From Octopus sinensis (lineage: Eukaryota), in the NCBI RefSeq assembly GCF_006345805.1, contig NC_043006.1, forward strand, positions 35,774,001 to 35,838,000: DNA of 64,000 nucleotides, read 5' to 3'. The notes below the pieces were generated by a model. It made no database searches. It was not told the DNA's origin and saw nothing but the letters and a program-made list of their open reading frames with translations. The translations under genes were made by a program, and so were the position numbers. Position 1 is the first letter of the stretch. Every line of letters begins with the position of its first letter. Positions 53,679-64,000 of the stretch are shown here, in pieces.

Positions 53679-54906
53679 TGTTAACTATTGATTTCTTTAT
53701 TACCCACAAGGGGCGAACATAGAAGATACAGAACATTGGGAACATAAAACATCACAATTACGTGTATGAAAAAATGAAAAATGAAAATGATAGATGAAAG
53801 CGATACTAACGGCCTCATCCGCTATAGCATCACTTACCTGTCCGAAATACAATACACATTATTCTCAATTTTCTTCTCAAATCTCTTTTCCAATTCCGTA
53901 ATTGTCTCTTTTTCCCATTTAATTCTAAACATTCATCCACGATTAAAGCGCACGTATCGCTGTCCCTGTCACACCATTGATAGTCTTTCAACATCTCTTT
54001 TGCGTCTTTTCTCCTCGTAACAAATAGAAAATTGGGCTGGGGTTCTTTTTTGGTATTTTGTCTGTTTCTTTTTTTTTTTTTTTCTTGTTGGTGGGGAGCG
54101 GGTGAGTTCACTGTCTGCAGGGGAAGGGTCTCAATGGGAGTGGGTGGTGTTGGGGTGGTTTGGGGTTCACCACTATTAATTTTTCCCCTTCTCTTTCTCC
54201 TTTTGTCTTCTTCCCATTCTTTATGTACCTCCTCTTCCGTTGCTAATTTCTCTTCTTCCTCCTCGTTGGCCTCTACCTCTTTTTGAGGTTCTGCATCAAT
54301 TTCTTTTGATGGGGGCAGGGGGCAGGGGGCAGTTAGCTCTTATATGACCTTTCAGTCCACACTTGTAACAGCGTGGTGCTCTGCCCTCCACCCACGGTAC
54401 CGAAATTTATTCCTCTTGCCACGAACACTAGGTCTTCCTCCGTTCTTTTTAAAGCGTCTTCTATTGTTTCCATTTCGACGACTTCTATCTTCTTTGTTCC
54501 GTTGGCATAAACCCTGTATGTAATTGTCCTTCTTTCATGCCACTCTTTTCGTTTTTGTGGCGGTGTCAACTCCACTTCCCCACCGACCTTTTTGATAAAT
54601 TCCTTATAAGTTGGCAATTTGGCCAAATCTATCTCTCTTTCCTCCTTTCTTGTCGCTCCCGCGTATGTCTTGCTTAATTTCTTATCCATCTTCTTTATCG
54701 CGTTCTCCAGTTCCTCTTCCGAAGTCGATAATTCCGACACACTATCATACACATGTGTTCTGGCCATCTCTCCTTTAGGGAGGGGCAGCCCACTTCTTCC
54801 TTGTCTGTCTCAATACAGACAGACAAAAACCGTGCAACAAAACGTTTAACAAAGATTAACACTCAATGAATTCAAAAATAACGTCCGACTCCGACAGAAT
54901 AATATC
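53679..54906 (-). mobile_element. ORF1-only Tx1-like non-autonomous retroelement with 18-bp flanking repeat
   Basis: 144-aa ORF 54767-54333 (MARTHVYDSVSELS..TYAGA..); tail TCTATGTTCGCCCCTTGTGGGTAATAAAGAAAT; TTAGGCGCTGCTCGGTTG at 53661-53678 and 54907-54924. Confidence 0.65.
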
Positions 54907-56067
54907 TTAGGCGCTGCTCGGTTGATTTTATTACTACCCACAAGGGGCGAACATAGAGGGGACAATACACAATGTACGAGAGGATGATTCTATAATGTGA
55001 ATCACAGGGTAAAACAGCTCGCCGCTTTGATTATAAATGACATTGCATAATCAGCCAGTGTTTGGTTACCGTGTGGTGCCGAGTTCGAAATAGCTCTAAG
55101 TAGAACAGTTCGGAATTTTAATAGAAAGGAGTTTTTTGTTGTTTTATAAATCCAGGGCAGCCATAATCTATCAAACTTATAATAAAACGTCAGTCTAGAA
55201 ATGACCATCCCGTCTTTGTAGGTATATCTCGGACTATATTATCTATATTGCTTCTCCCTTTCCCAAAGCAGTAGGACCTGGTTCGCCGGGGATATGGCTG
55301 CTACATCAAGCACACCGAGGGACCACGTGTAGGTTTTACCGTTGACTATGCTGCAAATAGGCGGGGGTAAGATTTTAAGTTGCATCCGGTAGTAGGGCTT
55401 TGGTTCGGAGGTGGCTGAGTTTTTGAGGAGTGTGGAACCGCTTCGTAGTCACTTTTATGGCCAGACCTACTCTGACCCAGAGTAGCAGCACGTATCGAGG
55501 CCCCAGCTATAGTTTAATTAACCTGATACGGAAGAAACAACAAGCATTGTCTCGAGTGCCCTGGGAAAGGTAAAGGCCAGGAGAACCCATTTCAACAGCA
55601 GATTAAAGAGTGGAGTCCCTAAGGTGAACCAGTGACCCTTTTGACATCCTATCGGCATGTCCAGGGCAATTTACCTAGAGGACCATTCTAATATAAAACC
55701 TACAGCTTACTGGTCACTTGCAGAGCGGAAACTGTATTGTAACCGTATTTCAAATAGTGCGATCTTTTCAGACATTTGTGTCATGCTGACTTTGTCTGAG
55801 TGTTACGTTAAGGGTACACATACTGCGGAATACTCAGCTACTTACTCACAATGAAAAGATAATTCAATTGAGGAAATTACTGAGAAATTATCCTCGAAAG
55901 CGACGGATAATCAACCAATACATACACACACACACTCGCACACACACACGCACTCATACACACACACACACACACACACACACAACACTTTCTCGCACTC
56001 TCTCCTCTCTCTCTCTTCCCCTCTCTCTCTCTCTGTCTCTCTCTTCCTATATATATATATATATAAG

Positions 56068-56231
56068 CGCAGGAGTGGCTGTGTGGTAAAATGCTTGCTT
56101 ACCAACCACATGGTTCCGGGTTCAGTCCCACTGCGTGGCACTTTGGGAAAGTGTCATTGACTATAGCCTCGGGCCGACCAAAGTCTTGTGAGTGGATTTG
56201 GTAGATGGAAACTGAAAAGAAGCCTGTCGTG

Positions 56232-56264
<33 letters not shown>

Positions 56265-56465
56265 TTGTGTGTCTGTGTTTGTCCCCCAACATCGCTTGAC
56301 AACCGATGCTGGTGTGTTCTTGTCCACGTAACTTAGCGGTTCGGCAAAAGAGACTGATAGAATAAGTACTAGGCTTACAAAGAATAAGTCCTGGGGTCGA
56401 TTTGCTCGACTAATGGCGGTGCTCCAGCATGGCCGCAGTCAAATGACTGAAACAAGTAAAAGAGA
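56068..56465 (+). mobile_element. SINE family B, best-preserved copy
   Basis: Complete head, internal (TA)n(TG)n, tail GGCGGTGCTCCAGCATGGCCGCAGTCAAATGACTGAAACAAGTAAAAGA. Confidence 0.9.
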
Positions 56466-56477
56466 GAGAGAGAGAGC

Positions 56478-57582
56478 GCACACAACACACATCTGACAAA
56501 CACACACACAAAAGCCCCACAGGTCACACATTCACATCGCATTCATACAGCAAATACACACATCACACGCACACACATACACACATGTGCATACACACAC
56601 ACACACATTTCATAAACACGCATCACACAAAAACAAAGACACGGCACATATTACATGCATAGCACACACAATGCACATATCACAAACACACACACACGTT
56701 ACACATTCAATCGCATTCATACCACACTCACACACATCAATATACACATGTACAGACACACATAAACATCATGCACAAATTATGCACACAAATGCACGCG
56801 CGCGCGCGAGCAGACACATCATACATGTTCATCCCATGGATGCATCACACTCTCACATCTCACACATACACATATACACACACATACACACACACGCACA
56901 CTCACACACATTGGCCACACGTGTCACCCGCTGATCATATGCACACACACACATACACTCACATACACGCACTCACATACACACACACATACATGCACTC
57001 ACATACACACATGCATACTCACACACACTCACACACATATACACGCACACGCGCACGCACACACACATACACATATACACACATCACACACGCAGACACA
57101 CACCAAATCACATACATAACACAGGCGTGTACGCCACATACATCACAAACATATATCAAACATTTCACCCGCACACACACACACACACGCACACACACAC
57201 AAACACACACACACATACACGTTCACCACTCATATACATATGCACACGTTCAAACACACGTACATTCATACGTACACATATACACATACATATAAACGCA
57301 GTCATTCCCACGCACACACATACATACGGCTAGCACTCCCCCCCGCCACATATACACCCCCCACATGCACATACACATGCATTCAAATACACACATCTAC
57401 GCACAAAAATTAAAACACACATTCGCACATGCGCACACACGCACGTGAACGCATGATCACCACACGCACATACGCATATACACATTCAAACACACACAGA
57501 CTTCTACATTCTCGTGTGCACGCACACATACGCACACACACACGTGCGCGCACACACATAGACACACGCATACACACGCACA
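56478..57582. repeat. ~1.1-kb degenerate (CA)-rich simple repeat
   Basis: Directly visible. Confidence 0.9.
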
Positions 57583-57989
57583 TTTAAACTGGTACGCTAT
57601 TTGATCCGATCAATCGAACAGTCTGCTAATGAAATTAGCGTGCAAATGGCTGAATATACCACAGACAGGCGTATGCATAACGCAGTTCTCTGGAATATTC
57701 ATATTCAGTGTGACACAGAATGTAACGGGGCTGACCCTTCGAATCACAGGTTCAATTCATTTTTGTCAACTGAATGGACTGATGCAAGGAGGAATAAAAG
57801 ACTTGCTCAAGGATATAACGCGCCATTGGTGATCGATCTTACAACCTTACACCCGGTTTATTTAGATATGTGTGTGTATTAGATATTCTACGTTTCACTT
57901 CGTTGCTTTTCGTTTCATTACGCCAGCTCTAACATGGATTCCTTTCATCAACTGGCTTTAAACAAATCCCAAATCAACTCTCGTCAACA

Positions 57990-58307
57990 TTATCGATGTA
58001 TACATTATTTACATTATTTACATTTGATGGATATTTGTCCTCATCTTGTTTGTTGTTAGCACCACATTTCGGTTGATATACCCTCCAGACTTCATCAGGT
58101 GTCTTGGTGGAAATTTCGAACCTGGGTTCTCATTCCTAAGGAATTTTTCGATGTTGTCGTTGTTGTTCTTGTTGTTGTTGTTATTATTATTATTATTCAG
58201 GTTACTGTCTGGAATCTAACTCGGAATCTTGGGGTTAGTAGCCCGCGCTCTTAACGACTACACCCACGGGCATATGGCGTAGTGAATAATGATAATAATA
58301 ATAATAA

Positions 58308-58356
<49 letters not shown>

Positions 58357-58545
58357 TCGAAAAAGGCCTTAGGAATGAGAACCCAGGATCGAAATTTCCC
58401 CAATACACCTGATGATGACTGGAGAGTTCATCAACCGAAACGTTGTGCTAACAAGAAACAAGATGAGGACAAATATCCTTCAAATGTAAATAATGTAAAT
58501 AATGTACATAATGTAAATAATGTGCATAATTCCTCATCTCTTAAA
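57990..58545. mobile_element. Head-to-head pair of tRNA-headed, hammerhead-containing elements
   Basis: 57990-58155 is the reverse complement of 58354-58510; tRNA-like head at 58198-58264 (-); CTGATGA..GAAA cores at 58059-58102 (-) and 58405-58448 (+). Confidence 0.75.
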
Positions 58546-58968
58546 TATAGAACTGTATTATCGATATTGTTTGAAAAGTTTCGATCTTATTGGAGTTATG
58601 TCCCTTTTTTATCTTTTATCTTTTGCTAATTTCACCCATTAGACTGCGGCCATGCAGGGACACCGCCTTGAAGAATTTTTAGTCAAACCATTCGACCACA
58701 GAACTTACTTAGTTTAAAGCTCGGTACTTATCCATCGAAGTGGATGAAACAAATTCTCATACTTGGGTGGAGGGGCTGAGATTATAACTGGAGGGGTGAT
58801 TAACACCCCATAGCTCCCCACCCCTCGTAGCTATGTGCCTGTGTGCTACGCAGTGGGACTGAAACCTGAACCTTGTGGCTGGGAAGCAAGCTCTCACTAC
58901 ACAACCTCACCTGCGCCTACACAATCGATAAGTTTCGATCTTATTGAAGTTATGTCCCATGACCATTT

Positions 58969-59295
58969 TTACCTTTCAAACACCTTGGGGAAGTTGAAAT
59001 CACCCATAAGAAATATGGTCACGTGGTGTTCCAGATTCATGAGGATTTCTTTAATTCTTGTGAGGCAATCTTCAAACATGCCTATGTGGTTTGGAGCGTC
59101 CGGTGGGCAATATGTATTGCATATGACTATATTATGTTGTCTTATGTATACAATTAAAGTGTCACATATCGAATTTGAGTATGTCAGTATGACCTGGAGT
59201 GTGAGGTCATCCCGGATGTATACAGCAACTCCACCATGGCTCCTTTCCCTTCTGTCTGTTCGCAGTATGGCATAGTTTGGTACGTGTACACCTTT
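58969..59295 (-). mobile_element. AP-endonuclease fragment of the 30480-33895 LINE family
   Basis: HVPNYAILRTDRRERSHGGVAVYIRDDL..YSNSICDTLIV..MGDFNFP closely parallels the 30778 ORF. Confidence 0.9.
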
Positions 59296-59304
59296 CAAAC
59301 TTCT

Positions 59305-59905
<601 letters not shown>

Positions 59906-60706
59906 TAAGAGTGTGTGTGTGTGTCTGTTTGATTGCTGATTCACCATAAACAACCTTGCCCCGACTTGGTCAAGACTTGGTCAAGGCCTAGTCTTGGTCA
60001 TTTATAGGCGTACCTTTAATAAACAGCATCACTATGTAAGTTAATTCGGTGTTTAAAACCGCACAATCATTTTCCTGCTGAACTAACCGAACTGGACTAA
60101 CCTAGACTTGTGTCGCTTATTGTTGTCGGCGTTCATCAGGAATGTCTACGCTGCATATTCTACAGTCGTCCACAAACTGTAATGAGAAATGTTGTGGTTC
60201 ACGAGGACGGATTTTATTCATATACTTATCTGTACATTTCTTAGTGACACGTATTAATTAACTTAAATACTGAGACATCTAGATATATCGCGAGATTAAA
60301 TATACATTTATTAAACGAATGCATTTAAACTCATTAATAATTTAACAACACAGATGCTGTGAAGGCGCTTTAGTTAACAAACGTGTGTATGCTTTTTTGT
60401 ACATGTGTGTATATGTGCATGTTGGTATATTTGAGTATGTGTATGTGTTCGTACACATGTGTATATATATTTGTGTGTGCTTGTACAAGTGAGCATATCT
60501 GTGCGTGTATGCGCGCACGTGTGTTTGTATATACTTGTCAGGTGATGTTTCATCTACCCACTGCCAGATGTGTAGGCCACCAGGTACACCACCGCGTTTG
60601 CTGAGTTAGAGGAGACAGAAATTGTAGGAGCAGCCAGCGAGGATAAAATTTCTTTCTACTATAGGCACAAGGCCTGAAATGTGGCTGGGAGGGAGATTAC
60701 ATCTAT

Positions 60707-61008
60707 GTTTGTTCCTTCTCGAACCATGCCTGGCTCATAAGGGCCGGTTTCCCGGTTTCCTTGGCGTATAGGTTCCCCACCTGGACGGGACGCCGGTCCG
60801 TCGCAGGTGAGCTGCAAGATGCAGGAGGAAAGAGTGAGAGAAAGTTGTGGCGAAAGAGTCAGCAGAAGTTCGCCATTACTTTCTGCCGGAGCCGCGTGGA
60901 GCTTAGGTGTTTCGCTCATAAACACACACACCACCCAGCCTGAGATTCGAATCCGCGATCCCTCGACCGCGAGTCCACTGCTCTAACCACTAGGCCATGT
61001 GCCTCCAC
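60707..61008 (-). mobile_element. tRNA-derived SINE family C with 11-bp TSD, nested in a family A SINE
   Basis: A-box TGGCCTAGTGG, B-box GATTCGAATC; ATTACATCTAT at 60696-60706 and 61011-61021. Confidence 0.9.
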
Positions 61009-62244
61009 AAATTACATCTATTCCAATGCTCAACTGATATTTATTTATTCGTCCTTGACAGGATTTGAGCTAAGAGTGTAACAAGTCCACCAACTCATCA
61101 CATCATCTTCCAGTTGCTCTTCTTCCTACTTACACATTGAAATATTCCTTGCTATCTTTATATTTTCTTGCAGATGATTTATACCAGTTTCGTTCGGGTT
61201 ACTGAGCCATTCTGCATTAATGTAGAGTGTTTCCTCTTTTCTTTATATCTTGAGGTGAAAGAGTTAACAGGGCAATAACACCATCATTAATAATAGTTGA
61301 AGGTAAGTTAACCATGTAGAATTTTTAAATGGACATTTTAAGAAGATTTTATCACACATGTGGGAGTAACGGATTAATAATTCATTACGCTAAGTAATTA
61401 AATTTGAGGGTCTCCAATGTCTCTACTGAGAATAAACTACAGCTACCCTCATCTCATCTGTATGGGTGTAGATCAACCTATAAATAACCATGCAATTGAA
61501 TTGACGATATTTTACCTTCAGATCCCAAATGAAACTAGTGTGTGAGGTGCTATGTGATTATCTTTTATAGTTAAAGGAGTGAATATAGTTATTTAATCCA
61601 AGATTGAATTTGAAAGCTGTTGTATCTATGTAATAATGGATTTTATTACGTGTTTTATCAGAAGTTTATGTATTAAACTATTCTTCTGACATCGGTTATT
61701 CAAAAAGCATTTATCATAGCTCCTGCTGTTGCACATTTTATTAAGTTTATAATCATAAGAGACATTATTTACTTTATTAGGGTTAATGATAATCTTATGA
61801 AGAGATACTGTATTATTTTTATCAGCGTTTATATCAGATTGAGATGTATTAATTGCAGCACGCCTAGGTATTTGATGACTGAATATTTAAAGATACAGCA
61901 GTTATTACTATTTAATTTCTTACTATTTGTTACAGGCAGTTATTTTATTCGCTAGATTTGGCCTAGAGGAATACACAAATGTGACGGTATCTATTGAATA
62001 TCTTACTTTATCTACCAGAGGGTGGCGGGAAATGCTTATTCAATGACCTAAAGAAAATCCATGGAATATTCGAGGATAGCTGGATTTTACAAAGGGAGTT
62101 AAACCATGTGGCAGTCCTTTCATGAAATGCTTATTCAATTCAGTGGATATCCGAGGTTATCTAAATCCTATAAAGGATGTTAAACCATGTGATAATCATT
62201 TTATGTAATATAGGCGACGAGGGATAGGATTAACGAATAACCAT

Positions 62245-62385
62245 CCTTTTCAAATTCCGCCGATGTCGACTTTGCCTATAATCCTTTCGGGGTTGATAAA
62301 TTAAGTACCAGTTGCGTACTGAGGTCGAGCTACTTGACCGACCACCTCTCCAAAGATTTCGGGTCTTGTGCCTAGAGTAGAGAAG
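62245..62385 (+). mobile_element. SINE family A 3' part
   Basis: TTCAAATTCCGCCGATGTCGACTTTGCC..ATAAATTAAGTACCAGTTGCG. Confidence 0.75.
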
Positions 62386-63779
62386 AATCATTTTACGTAA
62401 TCCATTTCTATTAGTTTTGTTGTTTCTTGATTTTATTTGTTTCTGGAAGAAGGTAACCGATAGACACCTCAAAGGACCCAGGTCAGACTTTCAGGCTTTT
62501 TAGCTCTTCAGCCTTTTAGCTGTCCATCTAAGAGAAGATGACTCGATACAAATCCAGCGTCCTGATAACTACTGGGCACGTGGCACTTGTTGCACCACAC
62601 CAATACAAGTTTGAAGGACGAGAGAAATTGTCTGGCTCTGCACAAAACATGCGCGCTATAAAAATATTCACCGTGCAGATCGTTCAGCAAACCAAAATGC
62701 CAGCAGCAATATCATCGCACTTCCTTCAAGTCCAGTGGCGGGAGGAAAAGAAGCGATGGGGACAGACAGCAGATGCTACTAGAAATCTTCAACTGTAACA
62801 CTACACACAAGCAGCCCGAAAGTGACGGTCGTTTTCCTAAGACCTCAGCTGTGTCAAAATGACATAGAAGTCCGTTAAATTAGTATAGTATCGTTGATTC
62901 TGCGTTGAATAGTTCTCTTACGGTCATGGAAGTTGCAACGATAATTCCCAGGTTTGAATCTGTTATTATTATGTTCTGTCCTTTTACTTAGGGTGAAAAA
63001 TATGGAGCTAATGACCTGTACATGATGATCGAGACTGTTTTGATTGGTTGCCCGTTGTTTACTTTCAATAAATATAGAATGACGTCAGCAGGCAAACTCG
63101 GATTACAGAGGAAAAGGGAATTCCAGAGGTTTGACGTCAGGAGACGAAGGAATTGGAATAAGATTTAATACAGAGTATTTGGGATGGGAAGACTCAATAT
63201 AGGCGACGAGGGATAGGATTAGCGAATAACCTTGCTTCAAGTGAGCATTAGTTCCACTTCCGTTCGGTTGTACTTTGTGGCCGTCAAAAGATTAGAGAAA
63301 CAAGAAAAAGATTTTGTGAGATGGAGTTTACAGCGTGATGGGTATTTGATAATCACGTGATCATATTGAAATTTGTCCCGTCAAGGATATCTCTAGGTGT
63401 ATCAGCAGCAGTAGCATCCAGTTCGTAGCCTCACCTGAGTTTTCTCGACATATACCAATTGTTCAGATGGTACACGTCTAGTATGTATATAATATTTTCC
63501 GTGTCACACATTTCCCTCAATGCATTCAAACATACATACATAGACACATACATACATACTTGCATACGTATATGTATGCATATACATATATGTGTGTGTA
63601 TGTGTGTGCGCGTATGTGTGCGAGTGTATTCAACATGAATGTGTGTGTGTGTGTGTGTGTATTCAACATGAATAAGAAATATTTTCTAAACTTCATGCTC
63701 TAAATATACTGATTGTGTCTTCAAACACACTTCGTTGCATTTTAGGACAGACATAAAAGAAACCAACGGATGTTCGCAA

Positions 63780-63819
63780 CACACACACATATATATATAT
63801 ATTATATATATATATATAC

Positions 63820-63905
<86 letters not shown>

Positions 63906-64000
63906 TATATATACATACACACACGCACGCAAACACACATACACACACATACACACACACACATACACACATATATATATATATATACATATATACACAT
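63780..64000. repeat. (TA)n/(CA)n microsatellite
   Basis: Directly visible. Confidence 0.95.

Noticed and set aside
53600-53690. Target of the Tx1-like element being U2 snRNA or a tRNA
   Set aside because: I find no U2 or tRNA box sequence there
60930-61008. Functional tRNA gene
   Set aside because: Head of a SINE with body, tail and TSD
61100-62020. Decayed transposase or helicase
   Set aside because: No motif I could identify with confidence

Overview
Repeat-dense eukaryotic DNA with no host protein-coding gene, intact RNA gene or CRISPR array that I can support. The AT-rich, microsatellite-saturated background and the tRNA-derived SINE families resemble an octopus/cephalopod genome (inference). 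Most short ORFs are microsatellite artefacts. The real coding signal is decayed transposons: a mariner, RTE, CR1/L2-like, R4/Dong, Tx1/L1 and R2 LINEs, Penelope-like and Helitron remnants. Highlights: (1) a degenerate R2 retrotransposon whose 3' end is fused to the 28S rRNA sequence just downstream of the canonical R2 target site, outside any rDNA unit; (2) a ~23-copy 152-bp satellite that appears to be an in-place tandem amplification of the catalytic region of a Penelope-like RT, with higher-order structure and a nearby templated offshoot; (3) several hammerhead ribozyme motifs, one intact, and two inside a head-to-head pair of tRNA-headed elements; (4) an ORF1-only Tx1-like element showing repeated insertion at one 18-bp target and sharing its 3' tail with a SINE; (5) an unexplained inverted pair of coding-like segments. 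All family assignments come from motif recognition by eye; coordinates of decayed elements are approximate.
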